The position numbers and the translations under genes are program-made. Positions 45,274 to 54,840 of a stretch of 64,000 nt of DNA are shown piece after piece; within the stretch, counting starts at the first letter, position 1, and every line of letters starts with the position of its first letter. Under the pieces are notes generated by a model that was given only the letters and a program-made list of their open reading frames with translations, did not search any database and was not told the origin of the DNA. Source of the DNA: Candidatus Saccharimonadota bacterium (GTDB lineage: Bacteria > Patescibacteriota > Saccharimonadia > UBA4664); the NCBI GenBank assembly GCA_019352195.1, contig JACAFG010000001.1, forward strand, positions 66,485 to 130,484, read 5' to 3'.

Positions 45274-46680
45274 ATGCTCGCAGCCTCATTTAAACGCACC
45301 AAAATTGTCGCCACCATTGGACCTGCGTCCAGTTCTGTCGACGTCCTCGAAGAATTGTTACTGGCGGGCGTCAACATGTTTCGCCTCAATTTTTCGCACG
45401 GCACCCACGAAGAGCATGGCGCCGTCATTAAACTGGCCCGTGATTTGTCGAAAAAGCACGACAAGCCAGTTGCCATCCTCGCCGATATTCAGGGACCAAA
45501 AATTCGCGTCGGCTCGCTCCCGGGCGACGGCGTACCGTTTGTACGTGGGCACATTGTCCACTTTCAGTTTGGCGCCGTTTATGACGAAACGGGCGTTATT
45601 CCAGTTCAGCACGACGTTAGCAAATACCTCAAAATTGGCGAACGTATTTATTTGCGCGACGGCCAAATTCAAGTTGAGGTAAAGAAAATTGAGAAGTCGC
45701 TCATTAGCGGCGAAATTCTTAACCCGGGCCTACTCTTCTCCAACCAGGGCATGAACCTCCCCGATACCGACTTAGGTGGCGAAATTCTCACCCCTAAGGA
45801 CGTGGCTGACATCGAGTTTGCCGCTCATGCGGACACGGATTACATCGCGCTAAGCTTTGTCCAAACACCCACCGACATCAATAATCTTCGAGCGCGCATC
45901 AAGAAATTGGGGGGCGATCAGCTCATTATCGCAAAAATTGAGACCAAGGCCGCCGTTGATAACCTGGACGCCATCGTTGCGGCCACCGATGCGGTTATGG
46001 TTGCCCGTGGCGACCTGGCTATTGAAACTAAGCCCGAGGCCGTACCGTCCACCCAGCGCCGCATGATTGAACTCGCTCGCCAAGGCCGCAAGCCGGTGAT
46101 TGTAGCCACGCAGATGCTCGAAAGCATGATCCAAACGCCGCAGCCAACGCGCGCCGAAGTCTCCGATGTAGCGACCGCCGTGCTTGAAGGTGCCGATGCC
46201 GTTATGCTCAGTGGCGAAACTGCCATGGGTCTGTTCCCAGTTGATACCGTCAAAATGATGAAGCGCATCATTTTATACACCGAGCAAGACGACCACACCG
46301 AGTTCCGCGCCCCGGAAATTGCTCATAACAGCGTCAACGCCATTTCGGCTGCCGCCGTAGTGCTAGCTAAGCAACTTCCTGCCAAGGTGATTATCGCCGA
46401 AACTGCTACCGGCCAAACGGCTCGCAACGTCTCAGCCCTGCGCCCGGGCGTGCCCATCATTATGGTCACCAATAATCGCCGCGCCTATTTCCAGATGGCC
46501 ATCATCTGGGGCGGCAAGAGTTACTATTTCGACAAGCCCGCCGAAGCCACCGAGCACGTTATCCAGCAGCTGCGTTCTGCCGGCAACGTCGTGATTGGCG
46601 ACGCGCTGGTGATTGCTTCCGGCCACCAACCCGGCATCACCGGTGGCACCAACACCGTTTCTGTCCAAATAGTTCAGTAA
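45274..46680 (+). CDS. pyk: pyruvate kinase
   Basis: RTKIVATIGP, FRLNFSHG, DIQGPKIR, IAKIE, MVARGDL, ATQMLESM, MLSGETA. Confidence 0.98.
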   Translation: MLAASFKRTKIVATIGPASSSVDVLEELLLAGVNMFRLNFSHGTHEEHGAVIKLARDLSKKHDKPVAILADIQGPKIRVGSLPGDGVPFVRGHIVHFQFGAVYDETGVIPVQHDVSKYLKIGERIYLRDGQIQVEVKKIEKSLISGEILNPGLLFSNQGMNLPDTDLGGEILTPKDVADIEFAAHADTDYIALSFVQTPTDINNLRARIKKLGGDQLIIAKIETKAAVDNLDAIVAATDAVMVARGDLAIETKPEAVPSTQRRMIELARQGRKPVIVATQMLESMIQTPQPTRAEVSDVATAVLEGADAVMLSGETAMGLFPVDTVKMMKRIILYTEQDDHTEFRAPEIAHNSVNAISAAAVVLAKQLPAKVIIAETATGQTARNVSALRPGVPIIMVTNNRRAYFQMAIIWGGKSYYFDKPAEATEHVIQQLRSAGNVVIGDALVIASGHQPGITGGTNTVSVQIVQ

Positions 46681-46698
46681 CAAGCTCTCAACAGCATA

Positions 46699-46728
46699 AA
46701 GCCCCCAGTCAACTTCGACTGGGGGCTT
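46699..46728. terminator. terminator between convergent genes
   Basis: AAGCCCCCAGTC-AACTTC-GACTGGGGGCTT. Confidence 0.8.
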
Positions 46729-46764
46729 CGGCGTTGGTACGCCGTGCGGGCAGATCTGGGTCGG

Positions 46765-47148
46765 TTAGAACCGACTCGGCCAGGCCGACCGGCGATCGCG
46801 GACGACCGCCAGAACCCGGTCTTCCCAGGCGGCCTGCACTAAGGCGGCTGCGTCTGGGTCCATCTCGTAGCGGAGGCGAAGCCGGCGGTGGAACCGCGGC
46901 AGCGGAATGTTGGTCACCCCGCGGTGGAAGTTCCATACGGCAGTGCCCATCAGGGCTTTGAGCATATCGGCGTTGCGCTCGTCGCTGCCTTTGGGCGTCA
47001 GCGTCCCGATTTCATACGGACCCGCGGGGGTCTGCCAGCGGGCCCAGATCACCAGATCCCGGCCGTTGGCCATATGCAACGACCAATGCTCGCCGATTTC
47101 GACACTGAACCGACCGGTGTGCTCGTTGTAGCGGTACTTCACGTACAT
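46765..47148 (-). CDS. hypothetical protein
   Basis: GAGGAG ribosome-binding site and TTGACT-17-TAATGT promoter upstream on the minus strand. Confidence 0.7.
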   Translation of the reverse strand: MYVKYRYNEHTGRFSVEIGEHWSLHMANGRDLVIWARWQTPAGPYEIGTLTPKGSDERNADMLKALMGTAVWNFHRGVTNIPLPRFHRRLRLRYEMDPDAAALVQAAWEDRVLAVVRDRRSAWPSRF

Positions 47149-47291
47149 GACTACTCCTCGGGTTGTCGTGAAAGATGTATAGATACATTACCACTTTTTG
47201 ACACGTTAGTCAACTATCAGTCTCGTCAAACCCTTTGAACATGGGCGGCCCTAATACTCTGGGTTACAATGAGATTAAATCAGGAGCTACT

Positions 47292-48497
47292 ATGAACAAG
47301 CAAACCGTCCGGGATATCGATGTAAAAGGCAAACGAGCGCTCGTGCGCGTTGATTACAACGTGCCAATCAAAAACGGGGAAGTGGGAGACACACTGCGGA
47401 TTCAAGGCTCATTTGAAACCATTAACTATCTGCTTGAGCAGGGCTCTAGCCTGGTCTTAATGAGCCACCTCGGTGAGCCCAAGGGCAAAGTCGATCCGGC
47501 ATTGAGCCTCGAGCCGGTAGCTGCCAAAGCTGCCGAACTGCTGGGCAAGCCAATCGCGTTTTATCACGACTGCATTGGTGACGAAGTGGATGAGGCGGTA
47601 AAAGCGTTGCAGCCGGGCCAGATTATGATGCTCGAAAACGTCCGTTTTCATCCCGAAGAACTCGACAATGATCACGCTTTTGCCGAAAAATTAGCCTCCT
47701 ACGGCGATATTTACGTCAACGACTCGTTTGCCGTCGATCACCGCGATCAAGTGTCGGTGAGCGGCATTGCTGCTATCATTCCCGGCGTAGCTGGTTTTCT
47801 GGTTGAAAAAGAGGTTAATTACATCAAGGGCGCCCTCGATCATCCTAATCGCCCCCTCGTCGCCGTAATCGGCGGGGCCAAGGTATCGTCAAAAATTGAA
47901 GTCCTCGAAAACCTTATTCCCAAGGTCGATGTGCTCATGATTGGTGGCGCCATGGCTAACACGTTTTATCTAGCGGCCGACCTACCCGTCGGCAAATCTC
48001 TGGTCGAGCCCGACTTTGTGGCCGAAGCCAAGCGGCTTGTAACCCTCGCCAAGACCGAGAACTGTGAGCTCATTTTGCCGGGCGATGTAGTCGTGTCAAA
48101 CGACATCGATGCCCCCAAGGATGTTCGCACCATCAAGGTGGCCGAAATTAAACCCGATCAAATTATTGTGGATGCGGCCCCCGCTTTTGGTCCCGAAATT
48201 ACCCCTGCCGTCCACGAATTTTTGGACTTTGATAACAAATGTACGGTTATCTGGAACGGACCCATTGGCGTTACCGAGGTGCCCGAGTTTGCCCTTGGCT
48301 CGCGGGCGTTAGCCGACGCCATTATCGCCTTACCGGGTGTAATTAGCATTATTGGCGGCGGCGATACGGCCGCTTTCATAGACGATGCTGGTCTGCACGA
48401 TAAGTTTACCTGGGTGTCCACTGGCGGCGGAGCTAGCCTTGAGCTCATGAGCGGTAAAACGCTGCCAGGTATCGCGGCCTTGCTCGATAAAAAATAG
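47292..48497 (+). CDS. pgk: phosphoglycerate kinase
   Basis: VRVDYNVP, SHLG.P, LENVRF, GGAKVSSKI, WNGP.G, GGGDT, STGGGASLE; AGGAG upstream of ATG 47292. Confidence 0.98.
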   Translation: MNKQTVRDIDVKGKRALVRVDYNVPIKNGEVGDTLRIQGSFETINYLLEQGSSLVLMSHLGEPKGKVDPALSLEPVAAKAAELLGKPIAFYHDCIGDEVDEAVKALQPGQIMMLENVRFHPEELDNDHAFAEKLASYGDIYVNDSFAVDHRDQVSVSGIAAIIPGVAGFLVEKEVNYIKGALDHPNRPLVAVIGGAKVSSKIEVLENLIPKVDVLMIGGAMANTFYLAADLPVGKSLVEPDFVAEAKRLVTLAKTENCELILPGDVVVSNDIDAPKDVRTIKVAEIKPDQIIVDAAPAFGPEITPAVHEFLDFDNKCTVIWNGPIGVTEVPEFALGSRALADAIIALPGVISIIGGGDTAAFIDDAGLHDKFTWVSTGGGASLELMSGKTLPGIAALLDKK

Positions 48498-48536
48498 CTT
48501 ATGCTAGACTAAAGACAACTAAGCATAAGGGTTACC

Positions 48537-48713
48537 ATGGCAAAAGACAAGGAAGATAAAGTTGGGTCGGTCGCCGGGGCGGTGTTCGTTGGTTTGATTA
48601 TCATCGGCACGGGTGTCGGGCTGCTAGTAAATAACGTTGCCGTATACGCTATCCTCGGCGTGGGCGTTGGTTTTATCGCTCGGGCCGCCATCATCTATTA
48701 CGGTCGTAAATAG
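48537..48713 (+). CDS. small two-TM protein (58 aa, below the ORF-track cut-off)
   Basis: Manual translation MAKDKEDKVGSVAGAVFVGLIIIGTGVGLLVNNVAVYAILGVGVGFIARAAIIYYGRK; hairpin plus T tract at 48733-48763. Confidence 0.7.
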   Translation: MAKDKEDKVGSVAGAVFVGLIIIGTGVGLLVNNVAVYAILGVGVGFIARAAIIYYGRK

Positions 48714-48829
48714 CTTCCAATACATGCAACTAGCACGGCTACCCAAAGGTGACCGTGTTTTTTGTTACCATAAGAACATTGATTTATCACCTAAAAAGTG
48801 ATAAAATGAGACCAGCGTATCCCGTATAG

Positions 48830-49237
48830 CAACCTTCACAACTTCATGTTGCCGGCGCTCACCGACAGAAAGCACTCAAGCTGATCTCAACGGCCAAGGA
48901 AAGGTCAGTCAGCTACGCAATCTACTCGTTCCTGGGGATCAAGAACATCGGTCTCACCTCCGGAGAAGAGCTGCTGGCAGTAGAGGTGCGTCCTGACAAC
49001 ACGGTCTTGTTTGCCACGCGCACACCAGGCAGCCACGAGCCACCCCGGATCATTGGGATTCCCGATGCCAGGTTCGTCGTTTCGGACGACGACTCGATCC
49101 TGGTGATTGCGCCGCCGAACCAGCGCTACACCCAGCAACCCAACCGGATCTTGGGAAGGTTGACTCCGGTCTCCCTTCCGCAAGCCGCCTCCATCGACGG
49201 CGAGGTGGTATCGCCGTACCAAATCGAAGCCCGCTGA
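48830..49237 (+). CDS. hypothetical protein or gene remnant, start unclear
   Basis: Frame of ORF 48986-49237 is open back to a TAG at 48827; followed by a terminator hairpin at 49283-49322. Confidence 0.4.
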   Translation, partial: QPSQLHVAGAHRQKALKLISTAKERSVSYAIYSFLGIKNIGLTSGEELLAVEVRPDNTVLFATRTPGSHEPPRIIGIPDARFVVSDDDSILVIAPPNQRYTQQPNRILGRLTPVSLPQAASIDGEVVSPYQIEAR

Positions 49238-49368
49238 CCACATCACCCGCCCGTGCGACGATAAACCTCGTCACACCCTACTGCAAACACCTTACCGTGC
49301 TCGCGGTGGGGTGTTTGCTTTTATTGGGACGACTAAAGCATTAGAATAACCATTAGAAAGAGGTGAGC

Positions 49369-50142
49369 ATGGCGCGTCTGATTGTTGCGAATTGGAAAAT
49401 GAACTTGGATCCGGCGGCGGCCATTAAATTGGTCACTAAATTGGAGCCAAAAATCGACCCCAGCGAGCGAGTGGAGGTGGTGATTTTGCCGCCATCGATC
49501 GACTTATACCCGTTGGATGAGACTATCGACAAGACCAAGCTCAAGCTGGGCGCTCAAAACATCCATTACCTCGATGAGGGGCCTTTTACCGGTGAAGTAT
49601 CGGCCGCCATGCTCAAAGGCGTTATCGACTACGCGCTCATTGGTCACTCTGAGCGCCGCGCTATGGGCGAAGATGACAAATTGATTGCCAAGAAAGTGGC
49701 GGCCGCTTACCGCAACGGGATTACCTCCATTGTGTGTATTGGGGAAAATCTGGACCAACGCGAGCACAAATTATCGTCAAAAGTGGTGGTCGATCAACTC
49801 ACCGCCGATCTAGCCCTGGTGACCGCCGAAGAGGTAAAAGATATCGTCATTGCTTACGAACCACTGTGGGCCATTAGCCACGGCGACGGCAAAGGCCGCC
49901 ACGCCACGCCCGATGATATCCGAGCTGTCCTGAGAGCCATTCGATCAACCGTTGAAGACTTGTATGGCGAAGCGGGCGGGGTAGGTATGCGGCTGCTGTA
50001 CGGCGGCAGTGTGAACGCTGACGACTGCATGGCCTACCTGGGGATGGATGAAATCGACGGGTTACTCGTGGGCGGCGATAGCCTAAACTACGAAGATTTT
50101 GCCTCGATTATTGATGCTTCAGATCGCGAAAATACCGACTAA
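49369..50142 (+). CDS. tpiA: triosephosphate isomerase
   Basis: ANWKMN, GAQN, GPFTGEVS, GHSERR, AYEPLWAI, LYGGSV, GLLVGG. Confidence 0.97.
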   Translation: MARLIVANWKMNLDPAAAIKLVTKLEPKIDPSERVEVVILPPSIDLYPLDETIDKTKLKLGAQNIHYLDEGPFTGEVSAAMLKGVIDYALIGHSERRAMGEDDKLIAKKVAAAYRNGITSIVCIGENLDQREHKLSSKVVVDQLTADLALVTAEEVKDIVIAYEPLWAISHGDGKGRHATPDDIRAVLRAIRSTVEDLYGEAGGVGMRLLYGGSVNADDCMAYLGMDEIDGLLVGGDSLNYEDFASIIDASDRENTD

Positions 50143-50298
50143 ACCACACCTGCTTGAACCAAACTAACGATAGCTCAATCAACCATAAAAACCGCTTTGA
50201 AGTTTCGGTGGAGGGCGCTTAATGTGACTGCTCTTGTCCGAGCCGTAGCCTCACTGGCTGCTATACGCTAGAATGGGTGGAGTTTAACGAACCTGGTC

Positions 50299-50736
50299 AT
50301 GAACCTTCCTCTCGACGACAACGACAAACGCAAACTCATCGAGCTCGCATATCTTGGCGAGTGGCTGATAAATGCCCATCACGATCCGGAGCATCAAGAC
50401 GATGCTGCCCGCGCTGCCTTACAGCAAGTCTTGGCGGACGCCGGGCGTACTGAGGGCGTCGGCAAAGATGTTGAAACGGGCGACTACTACCTGGATGAAG
50501 CGTGGACCGAGCGTTTATACAATCACTACATCGCCGATTACGACGACCATGTTTTTTGGGATGAGCTGACCGAACGCATGGCACAGCGCGATTTAGGTCG
50601 CGAACGCGACGTCCCTACCGATGAAATTAATCGCGACGACGATTTGTTGGCTCTTAGGCCGCTCGAAGACGTCTACCGCCGCGAGTTTGAAAACAATGGC
50701 ATCGATCACCTTGAAATCGGCGACAATAGGCCATAA
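50299..50736 (+). CDS. acidic hypothetical protein
   Basis: 145-aa ORF; YLGEWLINA and YDDHVFWDEL.ER.A.RD segments look conserved. Confidence 0.75.
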   Translation: MNLPLDDNDKRKLIELAYLGEWLINAHHDPEHQDDAARAALQQVLADAGRTEGVGKDVETGDYYLDEAWTERLYNHYIADYDDHVFWDELTERMAQRDLGRERDVPTDEINRDDDLLALRPLEDVYRREFENNGIDHLEIGDNRP

Positions 50737-50786
50737 TAACCAATTAAACTGGCTATTACGTAAAATGGTTATGGTATAATCGAGGC

Positions 50787-51743
50787 ATGAAATGCCCCGA
50801 GTGCCAGAATGATATGGTCCAGTCGCATAAGGGCTGGCTGTGTCTGCATTGTGGCCATGTTGAGAATACCTCACCGCACGACGTGCCGCTCATTCCCGGC
50901 GACCCCCCCAAACCTACCGCCGCTGCCCTTCCTGAGGCGCCGGCAATTAGCTCTAGTACCGCCAGCAGTTCCCCGGCGTCGTCGATGGCGTCAGTACCTC
51001 CAGATACGGCCATCAGCGATAAAGCGGCCAGTCCTGACCTCGACAAAGCGGATGTCCCCGAAGCAAATCCTGCCGATCTCACGCCGGCTATGCAGGCAGA
51101 TGCCGCTGCCGCCGAAGCCATCGCTGAAGGTGCGCTTGAGCACGCCCCCGAGCCGATCCCCGAAGTGTCCCCTGTTGCGACCACCACACCTGAATCTTCA
51201 GCTAACCAGCCAGCCGAGACCGTCGCTGCTCCAGAAGCAACGCTAGCGGCCGACGAGCCAGTCGTGGCTCCAGAACCAAAAGCGCCGGACGAACCCGCCC
51301 AGGCGGCGGTACCGCCCGTCGATCCTGTGTCGCCGTCGCCTGAAGCAATGAAGTCACCAGCGCCTACGCTTGAGCCAGCTCCAGCGGAGCCAAACCCCGC
51401 TCCGGCCGCGCCCACCGATAAGGCCACCGAGGCTCCGGCCGAAGCAGCCCCAGCGGCTGTACCGACGCCGCTTCCACCCGAGCCGACTCCACCAGCCGCT
51501 CCGGTACCACCAGCCGTAGTATCGTCGCCTGCCAAAGCCATCGATGGCCTGGCTGCCAAGAGCAAGGCACCTGCACCGGTAGCGCCTCCCGCTCAGGCGG
51601 TGGCTGCTGCAACCCTGAATACCGTCACTCCAGAAACTCATCCTGGCGAACTGTCTGGCGCCATGGTCGCGGCGATTATCGCCCTATCCATTATTACGGT
51701 TGGCGGTCTCGGTACGGCAGGCTATATTTTCGTTATTAAATAA
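50787..51743 (+). CDS. Zn-ribbon, Pro/Ala-rich, C-terminally anchored membrane protein
   Basis: MKCPEC...WLCLHCGH, long low-complexity linker, C-terminal TM helix; TATAAT 6 nt upstream. Confidence 0.8.
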   Translation: MKCPECQNDMVQSHKGWLCLHCGHVENTSPHDVPLIPGDPPKPTAAALPEAPAISSSTASSSPASSMASVPPDTAISDKAASPDLDKADVPEANPADLTPAMQADAAAAEAIAEGALEHAPEPIPEVSPVATTTPESSANQPAETVAAPEATLAADEPVVAPEPKAPDEPAQAAVPPVDPVSPSPEAMKSPAPTLEPAPAEPNPAPAAPTDKATEAPAEAAPAAVPTPLPPEPTPPAAPVPPAVVSSPAKAIDGLAAKSKAPAPVAPPAQAVAAATLNTVTPETHPGELSGAMVAAIIALSIITVGGLGTAGYIFVIK

Positions 51744-51769
51744 TCTCGCGTGCAGTTGAATACGAAGCG

Positions 51770-51797
51770 GCCCCGGAAAGCGCATGCTTCCCGGGGC
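51770..51797. terminator. hairpin between convergent genes
   Basis: GCCCCGGAAAGC-GCAT-GCTTCCCGGGGC. Confidence 0.7.
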
Positions 51798-51823
51798 TCA
51801 TTCGGTCGATTGATTGAACAGGA

Positions 51824-52291
51824 CTAGGCCGAGCGCACTGACTGTCGCGGTGGTCGCAGCTTGAGCCGCATGTACGCAATTGCCAGGTCGTCTTCTGACG
51901 GCTTGGTGACGTTGCGCCGAGACTGGGTCTGGCGCGCCGGCAACTGAAACACTACTGTCCAGTTGTCGGAGTCGGTCTCAAGGTCAACTACGCGGATGAC
52001 CGGCTCATGGTCACTGAGCGTACGAAACGCGACTCCGTTTGCCAGCTCGCCCCGCCGCTGCAGTTGGTAGATAGTTGCAACAGCTGCGGGGGACAAAAAG
52101 GCGCTTGTTCGTGTATCGCTAACGGTACGCGTTGCTTTCGCCAATGGTTCCGACGGACGGCGAGGAAAAGTCGGCAAACTGCGGCGGGGGGCATGGGGAA
52201 CCAGTCGGGCTGGCCGATGGTGCGTGCCAAACTTTTCGGCAAGCCAAGCCCAACAGGTGAGTCCGGCTACTTTACCGCTTGAGTACGACAT
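51824..52291 (-). CDS. hypothetical protein
   Basis: GGAGGTG ribosome-binding site upstream of ATG. Confidence 0.6.
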   Translation of the reverse strand: MSYSSGKVAGLTCWAWLAEKFGTHHRPARLVPHAPRRSLPTFPRRPSEPLAKATRTVSDTRTSAFLSPAAVATIYQLQRRGELANGVAFRTLSDHEPVIRVVDLETDSDNWTVVFQLPARQTQSRRNVTKPSEDDLAIAYMRLKLRPPRQSVRSA

Positions 52292-52526
52292 AAAACACCT
52301 CCGGGACTCTCGGGGAAATGGGTTTGCTCATTAGCTTTAGACCATGCCGACGAAACTGCAATTCGTCATTTGGGCTTGATACGAAGCCAAAGAGCGCGTC
52401 AGCACCACACTGACAAATCTATTGTGACAGCTTTAATCGCCCAGATGCAACCCCTGCAAGCGAAAAACCAAAAAACTCTGTGCCTGTTCGCTCCCTGTTC
52501 GGCCCAAAATGCGTTACAATCTGTAA

Positions 52527-54773
52527 GTGAATCCACTTTTATCTGACCTCAACGAACAGCAACGTTTGGCTGCTGTCACCTCCGACGGGCCCGTCCTCAT
52601 TCTGGCCGGCGCGGGTTCCGGTAAAACTATGGCCCTTACGCACCGTGTTGCATATTTGGTGGCTGAGAAACAGGTACAGCCAATGAATATTTTAGCCGTC
52701 ACATTTACCAATAAGGCTGCTGGTGAAATGCGTGGCCGCGTCTTGCAACTACTGCGCCTTGACCCAAATAACCGCAATTATTTCCCATATATTGGTACCT
52801 TTCACTCGGTGTGTATGCGCCTGTTGCGCCGCGAAGCTACTGAAATTGGGCTACCGAGCAATTTTCTTATTTTTGACGCAGCTGATTCGGCCAGTGCCAT
52901 CAAGCGTGCCATGCGTCAGCTCAGCATCGATGAAAAACAGTTTAATGTTTCACTGATCGCAAACCTTATTTCGAGCGCCAAGAATGAACTTGTTGGACCA
53001 ACAAATTATGCCAAACTTGCCCAAGGGCGCGCCCAAGAAGCCGCCGCTCAGGTGTACCCAAAATATCAGTCGATCTTAAAAGAAGCTGGCGCGCTCGATT
53101 TTGACGACCTCATTTTTCAAACCGTCCGCATGTTCCGCGAATATCCGGCCATTCTGGCCAAATATCAGCAGCAGTTTCGCTACATCATGGTCGACGAGTA
53201 TCAAGACACTAATCACGCTCAGTACCAGGTAACCAAACTGCTCGCCGAGGTCCACCATAATTTGTGTGTGGTGGGTGACGACTGGCAGAGTATTTATAGT
53301 TGGCGTGGCGCCAATTTCCAAAACATTCTCGATTTTGAAAAAGACTATCCCGAAGCGACCGTAATCAAACTCGAGCAAAATTATCGTTCTACTAAGCACA
53401 TTTTGGATGCCGCCCACGCCATCATTACCAAGAACCGCACCCGTAGCGACAAAAAGCTGTGGACTGAGCGCGGTGACGGTGTCGGCGTGCTCGTCGCCAA
53501 CGTATATAACGAAATCCAAGAAGCCGAGTGGATCGTCCAGAGAGTCCAGGACATAAAAGCCAAAGACAATCGCGAGCTGTCTGATTTTGCCGTGCTATAC
53601 CGTACCAACGCGCAATCACGCTCGCTTGAAGAATCATTTCTGCGTGCCGGTATGCCGTATAAAATTGTTGGCGGCACGCGCTTTTACGAGCGCCGCGAAA
53701 TCAAAGATGCGCTGGCCTATTTGCGTTTTATATACCAGCCCGACGATATTGTGAGCTTTGGCCGCATTATCAACCTGCCACCGCGGGGGCTCGGTGATGT
53801 CTCGCTCGAGCGCGTCGAAAGCTGGCGCGTCCAGCAAGGCCTAACTCTTATGGATGCGCTGGGCCGAGCCGACCAAATTCCAGGTTTGCAAACTCGGGCC
53901 GTAAACGCACTTCAGCAGTTTGGCCAGCTCATTGGTGGGTTGCGCTCCGAGATGGAAAAACTCGCGGTCGGACCGTTGCTCGATTTAGTGATCAAGCGCT
54001 CAGGGTATCTAGCCTACCTCGATGATGGCTCGGTAACCGCTGCCGATCGCATCGAAAACGTCAAAGAACTCCTCAGTGTCGCCGAAAATTATAACGAATT
54101 AACCCTCGAAGGTTTTCTCGAAGAAATTGCCCTCATTGCCGACCTCGATAATTACTCGGCCGATTCCAACGCCGTTACGCTCATGACGATGCACGCAGCT
54201 AAAGGCCTCGAGTTTCCGGTCGTTTTCGTACCTGGGATGGAAGAAGGTATCTTTCCGCACTCACGCAGCCTGTTTGACCCCGACCAAATGGAAGAAGAGC
54301 GCCGTCTGTGCTACGTGGCATTTACGCGCGCTAAAGAACGTCTTATTTTGCTCTACGCCAACTCCCGTCTGCTCTACGGCCGCACCGATCACAACCCGCC
54401 TTCACGTTTTGTGCTCGAATTACCACCCGCCTTGCAAGATTCCGGGAGTGAATGGGGAACTGCCAACCGGGCTCTGGGCGACGCCGTCTTTGGCGGACGC
54501 AGCGCCAGTTTTGGCCATGGTCATGGGGCCGGTGGAGCGAGTTGGAGCGCCGATACCGGCGGAGGGTTGGCGATTACGGCCCATGATGCCGCTGCTCACC
54601 GTGAGGAATTATTGGGTCTCGAGCTCGTTCCAGGCGATAAAATTACGCATACCAAGTTTGGTGAAGGAATTGTCGCCGCAATTAATGGCGATGAAGTTAC
54701 GGCCGCCTTCGCCGGTGTTGGCACCAAGCGATTGTCCTTGTCATTTGCGCCCATCAAGAAAGTTGAAAATTAG
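52527..54773 (+). CDS. pcrA: UvrD/PcrA DNA helicase
   Basis: AGAGSGKT, TFTNKAA, VDEYQD, VGDDWQSIYSWRGA, LEQNYRS, H.AKGLEF, EEERRLCYVA.TRA; C-terminal Tudor-like domain. Confidence 0.96.
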   Translation: MNPLLSDLNEQQRLAAVTSDGPVLILAGAGSGKTMALTHRVAYLVAEKQVQPMNILAVTFTNKAAGEMRGRVLQLLRLDPNNRNYFPYIGTFHSVCMRLLRREATEIGLPSNFLIFDAADSASAIKRAMRQLSIDEKQFNVSLIANLISSAKNELVGPTNYAKLAQGRAQEAAAQVYPKYQSILKEAGALDFDDLIFQTVRMFREYPAILAKYQQQFRYIMVDEYQDTNHAQYQVTKLLAEVHHNLCVVGDDWQSIYSWRGANFQNILDFEKDYPEATVIKLEQNYRSTKHILDAAHAIITKNRTRSDKKLWTERGDGVGVLVANVYNEIQEAEWIVQRVQDIKAKDNRELSDFAVLYRTNAQSRSLEESFLRAGMPYKIVGGTRFYERREIKDALAYLRFIYQPDDIVSFGRIINLPPRGLGDVSLERVESWRVQQGLTLMDALGRADQIPGLQTRAVNALQQFGQLIGGLRSEMEKLAVGPLLDLVIKRSGYLAYLDDGSVTAADRIENVKELLSVAENYNELTLEGFLEEIALIADLDNYSADSNAVTLMTMHAAKGLEFPVVFVPGMEEGIFPHSRSLFDPDQMEEERRLCYVAFTRAKERLILLYANSRLLYGRTDHNPPSRFVLELPPALQDSGSEWGTANRALGDAVFGGRSASFGHGHGAGGASWSADTGGGLAITAHDAAAHREELLGLELVPGDKITHTKFGEGIVAAINGDEVTAAFAGVGTKRLSLSFAPIKKVEN

Positions 54774-54840
54774 CCCAAGTAATTGCTGAAACATGTCAAT
54801 ACGCTTATGCTTAAGCCCATAAATTCTCGAGGCATTCACC

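Noticed and set aside
50756-51641. Long antisense ORFs opposite the Pro/Ala-rich gene, and similar shadow ORFs elsewhere
   Set aside because: Explained by stop-poor reverse frames of GC-rich, low-complexity coding sequence
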